Program-made: the position numbers and the translations under genes
Part shown: positions 9,513 to 19,137 of the stretch, piece by piece
Layout of the letters: every line of letters begins with the position of its first letter
How positions within the stretch are numbered: position 1 is the first letter of the stretch
NCBI GenBank assembly: GCA_036646255.1
Contig: JAVXMM010000006.1
Span: forward strand, 16,538-80,537
From: Comamonas sp.
Lineage (GTDB): Bacteria > Pseudomonadota > Gammaproteobacteria > Burkholderiales > Burkholderiaceae_C
DNA: 64,000 nt
Direction of reading: 5' to 3'
The notes under the pieces: model-generated
What the model saw: only the letters and a program-made list of their open reading frames with translations
Databases searched by the model: none
What the model was told of the DNA's origin: nothing

Positions 9513-9732
9513 CGTTGGTGCTCGCCGCGGTGGTTCACACTCCGGCAGTTCAACGGGAAGCAGGGGATCTTGCTTGTGCCTTACAAGCCCTGATCAACCT
9601 GCGCTGCCCCCGCAACGGTAAGCGATGGTTGGCATTATTGCCATCCACAGCCGCATCTAAGCCACTGAATACCTTGAACAAGTGTTTGGGAAGGCGCGTG
9701 CTGTGTCATCGTTAGCCCGGATACCGGCCAAC
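9513..9732 (+). promoter_or_regulatory. Cobalamin riboswitch
   Basis: AACGGGAAGCAGG, CTGCCCCCGCAACGGT, AAGCCACTG...GGGAAGG and B12-box AGCCCGGATACCGGCC, upstream of btuB. Confidence 0.93.
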
Positions 9733-9840
9733 ATTGTGGATGTTAGTGCGCTTTTGCTATGGCAAAGGCGTATTGCGTCTGATTTTCCCCATTTGCCGGC
9801 GGGGAGGCTGGCACGGGGTACTCCATTGCTTTCAATGTAG

Positions 9841-11721
9841 ATGAATTCCCATATGCCCTTGGTGCGCCTGCGCGTGCCTGAATCTGTCGCAACTGCCGTT
9901 CCTGTTCACCTGATGCTCAAGGGTATTGCTGCCGCAGCCTTGCTGGCAAGCCTTACGGTGCAGGCCCAGCAAGCTGTCGAAACAGAAGGTAAAAACCTGC
10001 AAGAAATGGTTGTTACGGCCAATCGTATCGAGCAACCGTTGTCGGATTTGACGGCGGACATGACCATCATCGATGACAAAACCATTGAGCGCCAAGGTTT
10101 TGGCGGCATAGCCGATGTGCTGTCGCGCGTGCCCGGCGTTGAGATCACCCGCAACGGTGGCCCGGGGGCGTCGACCAGTGTTTACATTCGCGGTGCAGAA
10201 ACGCGCTTTACCGCTGTGTATGTGGATGGCGTGCGTCTGGATTCGCAATCCACGGGCGGAGCGTCCTGGCAGAGCATTCCTCTGGGGCTGATCGACCGTA
10301 TTGAAGTGCTGCGAGGCCCGGCTGCCGCGGTGTATGGCTCGGACGCCATGGGCGGTGTGGTACAAATTTTTACCAAACGCGGCGAAGGCCCGGCCAAACC
10401 TTATGTGGGCTTTGGTATCGGTAACCGCGGCACTTACACGGCTGAGGCGGGTATCTCTGGCGGTGCAGGCGCATGGGATTACGCGCTGGGCCTGAACCGC
10501 TCGCAAAGCGATGGCTTTAACGCCCGTACCACGCCAACTGCCAACACGGACAAGGATGATTACCGCAACAACTCGGTCAACGCACGCCTGGGCTATCAGC
10601 TAAACAAGCAGCACCGCCTCGAAGCCACCTTGCTGGCCAGTGATGTGAACTCCGGCTACGACGCCAGCCCCTCGGCTGACGACCGCAGCATCAACAAGAT
10701 GAGTGCCGTGGGCCTGAACTGGAAGGCGCAGTGGAGCGATAACTACAGCACTAAGCTGCAGTACACCCAGTCGCGTGATTTCTACCAGACCAAGCCGTCG
10801 CCTTACGAGACCGATACGCGCTTGCATAACTACCTGTTCCAGAACGAGTGGCGTTATGGAATCCATACCATGACGGCTGCGCTGGAGCGCCGCGAGGATT
10901 CGCTGGTCAATGGGGCTATCGACCGAGACCGTCATCAAAACGCACTGGCATTGGGCTACGGCATGCACAGTGGCGCCCACACCGTGCAGTTGAACCTGCG
11001 CCACGACCGCGACAGCGAGTTTGGCAACAAGACGACAGGCAGCGCATCGTATGGGTACGAGTTTGTGCCCAACTGGCGCGCAACAGCGACCGTGGGCAAT
11101 GCCTTCCGCACGCCTACGCTGTACCAGCGCTTTAGCGAATACGGCGAGCCAGCGCTCAAGCCTGAGGAGAGCAAGAATGCTGAGCTGGGTCTGCGCTGGG
11201 CCAAGGGTTCAGACAGCTTCTCGGCTACCGTCTATCGCAATAATGTGACGGATTTGATCAACTACATTGGCGGCCCTGGCGCTTGCACCAGCCCTTATGG
11301 CTGCTATGAGAACGTAGGCAAGGCGCGTCTGGAAGGCATCACGCTGGCAGCCGCCACCAAGCTGGGTCAGTTCAATCTGCATGGCTCGGTGGATTTCCAA
11401 AACCCGCGTGATCAAGGCAGCGACAAAATGCTGGCCCGCCGCGCCAAACGCTTTGCCAACCTGGGTGTAGATACCCGCGTGGCTGGCTGGACCCTGGGTG
11501 CCGATATGCATACCTCAGCCAAGCGCTTTGACAACGCAGCCAACACCAATGTGCTGGGTGGCTACACCTTGTTCAACATCTCGGCTAGCACGCAATTGAG
11601 CAAAGACTGGAGCTTGATCGCTCGCGTCAACAACCTGGCAGACAAGAAGTATGAAACCGCCCGCACCTATGCGACCGAAGGTCGTAGCGTGTACATGGGC
11701 GTGAAGTGGATGCCGCAATAA
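9841..11721 (+). CDS. btuB: TonB-dependent corrinoid receptor
   Basis: 'MVVTANR' TonB-box region; plug motif 'IDRIEVLRGPAAAVYGSDAMGGVVQIFTK'; riboswitch upstream. Start codon uncertain. Confidence 0.9.
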   Translation: MNSHMPLVRLRVPESVATAVPVHLMLKGIAAAALLASLTVQAQQAVETEGKNLQEMVVTANRIEQPLSDLTADMTIIDDKTIERQGFGGIADVLSRVPGVEITRNGGPGASTSVYIRGAETRFTAVYVDGVRLDSQSTGGASWQSIPLGLIDRIEVLRGPAAAVYGSDAMGGVVQIFTKRGEGPAKPYVGFGIGNRGTYTAEAGISGGAGAWDYALGLNRSQSDGFNARTTPTANTDKDDYRNNSVNARLGYQLNKQHRLEATLLASDVNSGYDASPSADDRSINKMSAVGLNWKAQWSDNYSTKLQYTQSRDFYQTKPSPYETDTRLHNYLFQNEWRYGIHTMTAALERREDSLVNGAIDRDRHQNALALGYGMHSGAHTVQLNLRHDRDSEFGNKTTGSASYGYEFVPNWRATATVGNAFRTPTLYQRFSEYGEPALKPEESKNAELGLRWAKGSDSFSATVYRNNVTDLINYIGGPGACTSPYGCYENVGKARLEGITLAAATKLGQFNLHGSVDFQNPRDQGSDKMLARRAKRFANLGVDTRVAGWTLGADMHTSAKRFDNAANTNVLGGYTLFNISASTQLSKDWSLIARVNNLADKKYETARTYATEGRSVYMGVKWMPQ

Positions 11722-11909
11722 AAGCGGCTGGCACAAGCCTTGAGGCGTCGTTGTTTCGCCTTGTCGTACGTTTGTGCTGCCTGCGGCTTCACGCCCTGCT
11801 TAACCGCAGATCTGCGATTTCTCAGGCCGAGTAAGCCGCTTCAAGCAGGCAACAAGGCCAACACGAAGCCTGGCGCGTTGTGTTGGCCGCTAGATTGAGG
11901 ACTAGGTTC

Positions 11910-13331
11910 GTGAGCGATATCTCCAAGGCGCCCGCCCGCTGTGTAGCGCTGCTGATTGCAGCGCCCGCATCGGGCCAGGGTAAAACCACCATTACGGCTG
12001 CACTGGCGCGCCTGCATGCGCGTGCAGGCCGCCGCGTACAGGTGTTCAAGTGCGGGCCCGATTTTTTGGACCCGCAATGGCACCGTTTAGCCAGTGGCCG
12101 CGATGTACATGCGCTGGATCGCTGGATGAATGGCGACGCTGATGTACGCGAGCGACTGCAGCGCGCCGCACAAGACAGCGATGTACTGCTGATCGAAGGC
12201 GTGATGGGGCTGTTTGACGGCCCCAGCAGCGCGGCTGATCTGGCGAAGTCGCTAGGTGTATCTGTGGTGGTCGTGGTGGATGCATCCGCCATGGCTGGCA
12301 CCTTTGGGGCCATCGCTTACGGACTGACGCATTTTGATCCTGAACTGAATCTGGCCGGGGTGCTGGCCAACCGCGTAGCCAGCAACTACCACGGCGAATT
12401 ACTTCGCAACGGGCTGCGCGATCCAGCACTCTGGCTGGGTGCTATGGCTCAGGTAAATCTGGAAGGCGCCGCACCGCGCGCCAACCTGCTGCCCGAGCGC
12501 CACCTGGGCCTAGTTGCGGCGCATGAGTTGCCTGATGCCTTGCAGCGCCTGGACGCCGCTGCGGACTTGCTGGCGCAAACGCCGCTGGGCCAACTGAGCT
12601 GGGCTGATTGGCAAGCGCGCTGGATGGTGGATTTTGCGATGCCCGCAAATACAACTGCTGCTATAGAGCCACTGCTGGTCGGCCGCCGCATTGCCGTGGC
12701 ACGCGATGCTGCCTTTAGCTTTATCTACACCGCCAACCTGGACTGTTTGGTGGCGATGGGTGCCGACATCAAATTTTTCTCGCCGCTGGCGGGCGAGCGC
12801 TTGCCCGTGTGTGATGCATTGTGGCTGCCTGGCGGCTACCCCGAGCTGCACACAGCTGCCTTGCAGGCCAATGCTGGCTTGCAGCAAGATCTACAAGCCC
12901 ATATCGCCCAAGGAAAGGCCGTGTGGGCGGAGTGCGGTGGCATGGTCGCGCTGGCCCAAAATTTGACGGATTTAGAAGGTGCGAAGCACCGTCTGTGGGG
13001 CCTGCTGCCCGCGCAGGCTGTGATGCAGCAGCGCTTGGCAGGCTTGGGCATGCAGCAGCTGGCCACGCCTTGGGGCGTGCTGCGGGGTCATACCTTTCAC
13101 TATTCGCGCCTTGACTCTGAAGTGCCTGAAGTCGCGCGTAGCAGCCGACCCGGCCAGGCACCAGAGGCAGGCAAGGGCGAAGCCGTGTACCGCCACGGCA
13201 GCGTATATGCCAGCTACTTCCACGCCTGGTTTCCATCGTGCCCGCAGGCGATCGCGGCGCTGATGGGGGAGGATGTGTCGTTGGCCGATGCACAGGCCTG
13301 GGCACGCGCCAGTGCGACAACGGTTGCGTAA
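11910..13331 (+). CDS. cobB: Cobyrinate a,c-diamide synthase
   Basis: SGQGKTT, FKCGPDFLDP, EGVMGLFDG, LPERHLGL, AECGG. GTG start after GAGGA. Confidence 0.93.
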   Translation: MSDISKAPARCVALLIAAPASGQGKTTITAALARLHARAGRRVQVFKCGPDFLDPQWHRLASGRDVHALDRWMNGDADVRERLQRAAQDSDVLLIEGVMGLFDGPSSAADLAKSLGVSVVVVVDASAMAGTFGAIAYGLTHFDPELNLAGVLANRVASNYHGELLRNGLRDPALWLGAMAQVNLEGAAPRANLLPERHLGLVAAHELPDALQRLDAAADLLAQTPLGQLSWADWQARWMVDFAMPANTTAAIEPLLVGRRIAVARDAAFSFIYTANLDCLVAMGADIKFFSPLAGERLPVCDALWLPGGYPELHTAALQANAGLQQDLQAHIAQGKAVWAECGGMVALAQNLTDLEGAKHRLWGLLPAQAVMQQRLAGLGMQQLATPWGVLRGHTFHYSRLDSEVPEVARSSRPGQAPEAGKGEAVYRHGSVYASYFHAWFPSCPQAIAALMGEDVSLADAQAWARASATTVA

Positions 13332-13332
13332 G

Positions 13333-13935
13333 ATGGCCACAATGCAGGACATAACCTTTACCGTCGGCGATGAACCGCTGAAACTCTTGCTGCTGGGCGG
13401 GCAAAAATCGGGTAAGTCGCGCCAGTCTGAGCTGCTTGCGCGTCATTGGTTGCAGCAAGATACTGCCCACACCGCCAGTCTGATTGCAACCGGCACAGCG
13501 TATGACACCGAAATGCAGGCACGCATTGCTCGCCACCAAGAAGACCGCGCTGTGCGCGTGCCGCAGATGGCTACGCTAGAGGTGGCGCGTGATGTGGCGC
13601 AGGCGATTGATGTGCACAGCAGTGCGCAGCATTTGCTGGTGGTAGATTGCCTGACACTGTGGCTTACCAACTGGCTGATGCCTGCACAAGAGGGTGAAGA
13701 AAATACGCCGTTAGCGCCCGACTGGCAAGCTCAAAGCACCATGTTTTTAAAAGCGCTGCAACAGGCGCCTGGCCCGGTCATTCTGGTCAGTAACGAGATT
13801 GGCCTAGGCGTGATCCCCATGGGGCGCGAAGTGCGCGTCTTTGTGGATACGCTGGGCCTGCTCAACCAGCAAGCGGCTGCTGTTTGCAACCGCGTAACTT
13901 TGATGGCGGCGGGTTTGCCGCTGCAGATGAAATGA
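13333..13935 (+). CDS. cobU: Adenosylcobinamide kinase / guanylyltransferase
   Basis: GGQKSGKS, 'EM..RI..H', VDCLTLW, VSNEIGLG, AGLP. Confidence 0.93.
   Translation: MATMQDITFTVGDEPLKLLLLGGQKSGKSRQSELLARHWLQQDTAHTASLIATGTAYDTEMQARIARHQEDRAVRVPQMATLEVARDVAQAIDVHSSAQHLLVVDCLTLWLTNWLMPAQEGEENTPLAPDWQAQSTMFLKALQQAPGPVILVSNEIGLGVIPMGREVRVFVDTLGLLNQQAAAVCNRVTLMAAGLPLQMK
13700..13754 (-). repeat. Palindromic repeat copy inside cobU (degenerate)
   Basis: GTTAGCGCCCGACT + 14 nt + ACCAT + GTTTTTAAAAGC, same spacing as the intergenic copies. Confidence 0.6.
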
Positions 13936-14942
13936 TGGCGAAATCGCACAACAACCCGCGCAGCCGCGCACCCCGCACCTTGGGTGCATGTGCAGCGGCG
14001 CTGCTGTCGCTGATCTTGCTGGCAGCGCCCGCTGCCAGCGCGCAGGCCAAAGAATCCGCGCCCGTGGCTGGTGCAGCCACCGTGCCGCAGTTGAGCGAAG
14101 GCGACCGCATCGCACCGCAAGCCATTACGGATGACCGTGGCCGCACGATTCAACTGGACAAACCGCCGCAGCGCATCGTGAGCCTCTTACCATCGCTGAC
14201 CGAGAGCGTATGCGCGCTGGGGCTGTGCGATCGGCTCGTGGGCGTGGATCGCTATTCAGACTGGCCCGCCTCGGTCAAAAAATTGCCGGTGGCTGGTGGT
14301 GGTATTGACCCGAGTATTGAGACCGTGGTGTCGCTCAAGCCGGATCTGGTGCTGCTGTCCAACGCATCCAAGGTGGCGCAGAGGCTAGAGGCCTTGGGTA
14401 TCAAGGTGGTGGCGCTTGAAGTGCGATCGCAAGCCGGTGTGCAAAAAGTGCTGGGCCAGTTGGGCAAGGTGCTGGGTGTACCAGAGGCGCAAGGCGCTGA
14501 GCGTGTGTGGCGCGAGCTGCAGTTGGGGATGGCCGATGCCGCCAAACAAGTACCCACACATGCCAAGCACGCCCGTGTGTTTTTTGAGGTGAATAAAGGG
14601 CCATATGCGGCGGGCCCAACCTCTTTTATTGGCGAGATTTTGGCCCAATTGGGAGTGGACAACGTGGTGCCTGCAGATCTGGGCCCCTTTCCGCGGCTGA
14701 GCCCCGAATTTTTGCTGCGTGCCCAGCCGGATCTGATTCTGATAGGCAGCCGCAGCATACAAGCTGCAACCCATTACCCTGGGTGGGCTGGTTTGGCAGC
14801 GGTGCGCGGTAAACACCTGTGCGTGTTCCCTGAGCAAGAGTCCAACATCATCATCCGCCCAGGCCCCCGCATGGCTGAGGCCGCGCATTTGATCGCCCGC
14901 TGCCTGGCCGATAAGGCGCCGCCAACCGGGGGCGTACGTTGA
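13932..14942 (+). CDS. btuF: Corrinoid ABC periplasmic binding protein
   Basis: 'PPQRIVSLLPSLTE', 'LVGVDRYSDWP', 'RPGPR'; signal peptide; ATGA overlap with cobU. Confidence 0.88.
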   Translation: MMAKSHNNPRSRAPRTLGACAAALLSLILLAAPAASAQAKESAPVAGAATVPQLSEGDRIAPQAITDDRGRTIQLDKPPQRIVSLLPSLTESVCALGLCDRLVGVDRYSDWPASVKKLPVAGGGIDPSIETVVSLKPDLVLLSNASKVAQRLEALGIKVVALEVRSQAGVQKVLGQLGKVLGVPEAQGAERVWRELQLGMADAAKQVPTHAKHARVFFEVNKGPYAAGPTSFIGEILAQLGVDNVVPADLGPFPRLSPEFLLRAQPDLILIGSRSIQAATHYPGWAGLAAVRGKHLCVFPEQESNIIIRPGPRMAEAAHLIARCLADKAPPTGGVR

Positions 14943-15982
14943 TGCAAGCTACTACAAGCCTGCACGGAACCGAGGCTGCCCCGGGTCTGCGCCGCAGTGT
15001 CTGGATGGCTCTGGCGCTCGGCGTCTTTACCGTAGCCTTGCTGCTGGTGGGCGCAAGTGTAGGCAGTACAGGGTGGGAGAGCGTGCTACGCATGAAGAGC
15101 GACCCAGTTGCCTGGCAAATCGTGACCGACATTCGTCTGCCCCGATCACTAGGCGCCTGGTTGGCTGGCGCGCTGCTGGGTTTGGCGGGGGCGGTGGCGC
15201 AGGGCTTGTTTCGTAACCCCTTGGCCGATCCGTATTTGCTGGGCAGTGCCTCTGGCGCATCGCTCGGTAGCGCTCTGGGTTTGGTGTTGATGGGCTCATC
15301 CGTCACAGGCCTCAACATCTTGTACCGCTTGGGCATGACGGGTATGGCCTTTGTAGGCGCCGGCCTGGCTGTGGCGCTGACCGTGGTGCTGGCGCGTAAT
15401 GTGCAGAACACCTTGCGCCTGCTGCTGGCGGGCGTGATTGTGGGTGTAGTGCTGGGTGCAGTACGCGATCTGCTGGAGCTGAAGCACCCAGACATTCTGC
15501 AAGCTATGCAAGCTTTCACTCTGGGTACATCGGCTTTTGTAGGCTGGGAAGGCTGCTTGCTGATGGCCGCCGTGCTGCTGGCTTGCGGGCTGGCAACCTG
15601 GGCCTGCGCCCGTGTGCTGGATGGTTTGACCTTGGGCGAGGCCACAGCTAACAGCCTGGGCCTTCCGCTGGCGCAGCTGCGCTATGGCTTGGTCGTGGTG
15701 CTGGCGCTGGCCACGGGTACCTCGGTTGCGCAAACTGGTTTGATTGCCTTCGTAGGCTTGGCAGCTCCGCACTTGGTGCGCAGCCTGGTGCGCGTAGGCC
15801 ATGGCCGTAGTACCTTGCTTGCGGCTGCCATGGGCGGCGTATTGTTGTTAGCTGCTGATATCTTGGCGCGCTGGTTGGTTGCACCGCAAGAGCTGCCGGT
15901 TGGCGTGCTCACTGCTGCACTGGGCGGAAGCTATTTGCTGTGGCGCATGCACCGCAGCACGCGGACTGCGGGGGCAATGTGA
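14942..15982 (+). CDS. btuC: FecCD/BtuC-family permease
   Basis: IRLPR, QGLFRNPLADPYLLG, GLIAFVGL, ELPVG. Confidence 0.88.
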   Translation: MQATTSLHGTEAAPGLRRSVWMALALGVFTVALLLVGASVGSTGWESVLRMKSDPVAWQIVTDIRLPRSLGAWLAGALLGLAGAVAQGLFRNPLADPYLLGSASGASLGSALGLVLMGSSVTGLNILYRLGMTGMAFVGAGLAVALTVVLARNVQNTLRLLLAGVIVGVVLGAVRDLLELKHPDILQAMQAFTLGTSAFVGWEGCLLMAAVLLACGLATWACARVLDGLTLGEATANSLGLPLAQLRYGLVVVLALATGTSVAQTGLIAFVGLAAPHLVRSLVRVGHGRSTLLAAAMGGVLLLAADILARWLVAPQELPVGVLTAALGGSYLLWRMHRSTRTAGAM

Positions 15983-16785
15983 TGACTACTGAAAAGATAG
16001 CTATCAGCGCCCGCCAGGTGGATGCGAGCGTGTATTCAAAGCCCATATTGAAAAACTTGACGGCGCAGTTTGCACAAGGCCGCTGGACCAGTATTGTGGG
16101 CCCCAACGGCGCCGGTAAATCCAGCTTGCTGAAAGTGCTGAGCGGTCTGTGGCCTGCGCAGGGCTTGCAAGGCCAGGTGCAATTGCTGGGCAAACCCTTG
16201 CAAGACTGGCCGCGCAAGCAGCGTGCCCAAACCCTGGCCTGGCTGGGGCAGGGCGAGGTGGTGACTGAGGATTTGACCGTGCTTGACGTGGCCATGCTGG
16301 GCCGCCTGCCGCACCAGCCCTGGCTGGCATCACCCAGTAGCAACGACTTGACCGTGGTGGAGCGCTGCCTGCGCGACACCCAGGCCTGGGACTGGCGCCA
16401 CCGCCCGGTGGTAGAACTATCGGGTGGAGAGCGCCAGCGCGTACTGCTGGCCCGTGCCATGGCCGTGCAAGCCCAGGTGCTGCTGATGGATGAACCGCTG
16501 GCTAATCTCGATCCGCCGCATCAAACCGACTGGGTGTATAGCGTGCGTGCGCTGACCGAGCAGGGCACCACCGTGGTCAGCGTGCTGCATGAGATATCCG
16601 TCGCCCTGCTGGCCGACGACATGCTGGTGATGCAAGCCGGTCAGGTCATCCACCATGGTGCCTGTGCCGACCGCGCCACGCATATCGCGTTGGAGACCGT
16701 TTTTGACCACCGCATCAAAGTACGCCAAGTGGATGACATGTGGCTGGCACTGCCCAATATGGGCCAGGCGCACGGCATCGTTTGA
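15982..16785 (+). CDS. btuD: Corrinoid ABC ATP-binding protein
   Basis: GPNGAGKS, LSGGERQR, MDEP. Confidence 0.88.
   Translation: MTTEKIAISARQVDASVYSKPILKNLTAQFAQGRWTSIVGPNGAGKSSLLKVLSGLWPAQGLQGQVQLLGKPLQDWPRKQRAQTLAWLGQGEVVTEDLTVLDVAMLGRLPHQPWLASPSSNDLTVVERCLRDTQAWDWRHRPVVELSGGERQRVLLARAMAVQAQVLLMDEPLANLDPPHQTDWVYSVRALTEQGTTVVSVLHEISVALLADDMLVMQAGQVIHHGACADRATHIALETVFDHRIKVRQVDDMWLALPNMGQAHGIV
15985..16036 (+). repeat. Palindromic repeat copy encoding the BtuD N-terminus
   Basis: ACTACTGAAAAGATAGCTATCAGCGCCCGCC.. translates TTEKIAISARQVDAS. Confidence 0.65.
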
Positions 16786-16795
16786 GTAAAAATTT

Positions 16796-16847
16796 TCAGG
16801 GCGCTAGCGCCCGACTGTATTGGAAAGATTGCTATGCAAATTGAAAC
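16796..16847 (-). repeat. Palindromic repeat copy overlapping the cobO start
   Basis: GCTAGCGCCCGACT + 14 nt + GCTAT(G); the ATG is the cobO start. Confidence 0.65.
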
Positions 16848-17403
16848 TCCCCCGACCGAAAAGCCCTATGAGAAGCCAGAAGGCGAACGCCGCGGACTCA
16901 TCATCGTCAACACCGGTGACGGCAAAGGCAAAAGCACTGCTGCATTTGGCCTGGCTTTCCGCGCTACGGGCCGTGGCAAGGCTGTCAAGGTCTATCAGTT
17001 TATGAAGGTGCCGACCGCCCGTTTTGGCGAGCACCGCCTGGCTGAGCAAGTGGGCCTGCCTATCGAGGGGCTGGGCGACGGGTTCAGCTGGAAGAGCAAG
17101 GACCTTGACCATTCCGCTCAACTGGCACGCGATGGTTGGCAAAAAGCCAAGGCCGATATCTTGTCGGGTGAATACTTTTTGGTGGTGCTGGACGAGATCA
17201 CCTACCCACTGGTCTACGGCTGGCTGCCGCTGGAAGAAGTGCTGCAGACGCTGAAGGCCCGCCCCAAGGACGTGCATGTCTGCCTGACAGGCCGCCGTGC
17301 CCCGCAAGAGCTGATCGACATGGCGGACACGGTGACCGAGATGAAGATGATCAAACATGCCTTCCAGGCGGGCATCCCCGCGCAGCGCGGCATCGAAGAC
17401 TAG
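16834..17403 (+). CDS. cobO: Cob(I)yrinic acid a,c-diamide adenosyltransferase
   Basis: TGDGKGKSTAAFG, VLDEI, LTGR, 'KHAFQAGIPAQRGIE'. Confidence 0.95.
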   Translation: MQIETPPTEKPYEKPEGERRGLIIVNTGDGKGKSTAAFGLAFRATGRGKAVKVYQFMKVPTARFGEHRLAEQVGLPIEGLGDGFSWKSKDLDHSAQLARDGWQKAKADILSGEYFLVVLDEITYPLVYGWLPLEEVLQTLKARPKDVHVCLTGRRAPQELIDMADTVTEMKMIKHAFQAGIPAQRGIED

Positions 17404-17530
17404 TTTCAGGTATCGCTGGAAGATACTGAAAGCGACAGGCCCCGCCACTTGCGGGAAAGTGGTGGGGCAACGTGGGTTGCCTCGCGCAGACTGGCTTTAC
17501 AGGCATGTGCCTGGGCCTTGATTCCACTGT

Positions 17531-18031
17531 ATGCAAAACCGCATTGCGTTTGTTACCCGCTATAGCCGCCACAGTTACCGCGTCGCTCAACTAGCTACTA
17601 TCGCCGCATCCAGCATTCTGCTGACGGCATGCTACGTAGTTCCCATGCAACCCGTGCCCGGTGGCCCGGTGCAATCGCCCGCAGCAGCAGCGGCCAGTGT
17701 GGCGCCAAACAGTGTGTCTGCTAACACGGCCGTCACTTTCAATGCCCGTATGTACCCGGCCAATGACTTGGCGGCCAAATACGGCGCCGTGCAAGGCACG
17801 GTCACCAACGACATGCATGGCCGCGGCATTTTTACCGCCACCATCCAGGGAGAAACCTATAGTGGCGAAGCCACGCGCAGCCCTGGCGGCGCGCGCACTG
17901 GTATCGCCAACGGCGCGGGCAGCCGGGGTGGATGGATGAAATGCAACTACCAGATGAGTTCGGCCACCTTGGGTACCGGCCAGTGCGAGCTGGACAACGG
18001 CGCGCGCTTTACCATGCACTTGGGCGGATAA
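17531..18031 (+). CDS. Hypothetical lipoprotein
   Basis: Lipobox LLTA-C, Pro/Ala linker, Gly-rich beta domain with two Cys. Confidence 0.7.
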   Translation: MQNRIAFVTRYSRHSYRVAQLATIAASSILLTACYVVPMQPVPGGPVQSPAAAAASVAPNSVSANTAVTFNARMYPANDLAAKYGAVQGTVTNDMHGRGIFTATIQGETYSGEATRSPGGARTGIANGAGSRGGWMKCNYQMSSATLGTGQCELDNGARFTMHLGG

Positions 18032-18435
18032 AGCTATTGCAGCCACGCTGCGCAGCGATTGACGCATGCGCGGCGTGGGGGTTTCGGGTGTCTAGAAGTG
18101 GGTTGCAAAAATATGGTGTGGCGGGCACAAATACTTGGCATTGAGTCATGGCCTGCTCCAGCAAATCTGATTGGGGAGGTGCGCCGAAAGTGCTCTGTAC
18201 ATCCCCACCCAGGGGCTGATGCGATTGAGGCCTAGTTGTGAGGGTATCTGGCCGTCCGCTAATTCAGGCGTGCGACGCCGTGCGTGTAGTAACACGCATA
18301 TGGAACATAACGCCAGGTGGTGAGTGGTCAGGTACTTTCCCCTTTCATCGGCAAGGCGCTCCGCTTCTAAATCTGAACAGACTCTAGTAGTCGATACCAA
18401 TGCGCAGCCACCGCATGTGCGGGACAATGCAGGCT

Positions 18436-19137
18436 ATGTCTGAGCCCGTTGCCCCCACCTCCTTGCAGACCATCCCCGCAGCCCCGTTTTCTGATGCAGA
18501 GCGAGCGGCTGTCTATCGCGCGATTTATGAGCGTCGTGACATGCGTCACTTTGCGGGTGGCGAGGTGGCGGAGGATGTGCTGCTGCGCTTGCTGCGCGCC
18601 GCCCACCATGCGCCCAGCGTCGGCTTTATGCAGCCTTGGCGTTTTATTCGCGTCAAAAAATTGGAGCTGCGCCGCAGCATTCACGCGTTGGTGGAAGAGG
18701 AGCGCGTGCGCACTGCCCATGCTTTGGGCGAGCGTGAAGAAGACTTCATGAAGCTCAAGGTGCAAGGCGTGCTGGACGCAGCCGAGGTGCTGGTTATCAC
18801 CATGCCGCCGGGGCGTGAGGCACATATTTTTGGCCGCCGCACTTTGCCAGAGATGGACATTGCCAGCACAGCCTGCGCTGTCCAAAACCTGTGGCTTGCA
18901 GCCCGTGCTGAAGGGCTGGGTATGGGCTGGGTGTCCATCTTTGACCCTGAAGCACTGGCTTGTTTGCTGCAGATGCCTGCTGGCGCGCACCCACTGGGCG
19001 TACTGTGTTTGGGGCCAGTGGATGCGTATTACGCGCAGCCCATGCTGCAGCAAGAAAAGTGGGCGAGCCGTGCGCCGCTGCAAGATATGCTGATGGACGA
19101 TGTGTGGACTGAGCCCACGCCACAGCCCAAACCATGA
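18436..19137 (+). CDS. bluB: 5,6-dimethylbenzimidazole synthase
   Basis: RRDMRHF, APSVGFMQPW, QNLWLAARAEGLGMGWVS. Start may be 18427. Confidence 0.93.
   Translation: MSEPVAPTSLQTIPAAPFSDAERAAVYRAIYERRDMRHFAGGEVAEDVLLRLLRAAHHAPSVGFMQPWRFIRVKKLELRRSIHALVEEERVRTAHALGEREEDFMKLKVQGVLDAAEVLVITMPPGREAHIFGRRTLPEMDIASTACAVQNLWLAARAEGLGMGWVSIFDPEALACLLQMPAGAHPLGVLCLGPVDAYYAQPMLQQEKWASRAPLQDMLMDDVWTEPTPQPKP

Noticed and set aside
17588-17640. Lipoprotein signal LATIAASSILLTAC as another repeat copy
   Set aside because: The peptide resembles the repeat frame, but the DNA lacks the GCGC arms and the spacing is off.
18032-18426. Second cobalamin riboswitch before bluB
   Set aside because: No GGGAA, GCCCCCGCAACTGT, GCCACTG or B12-box motifs were found.
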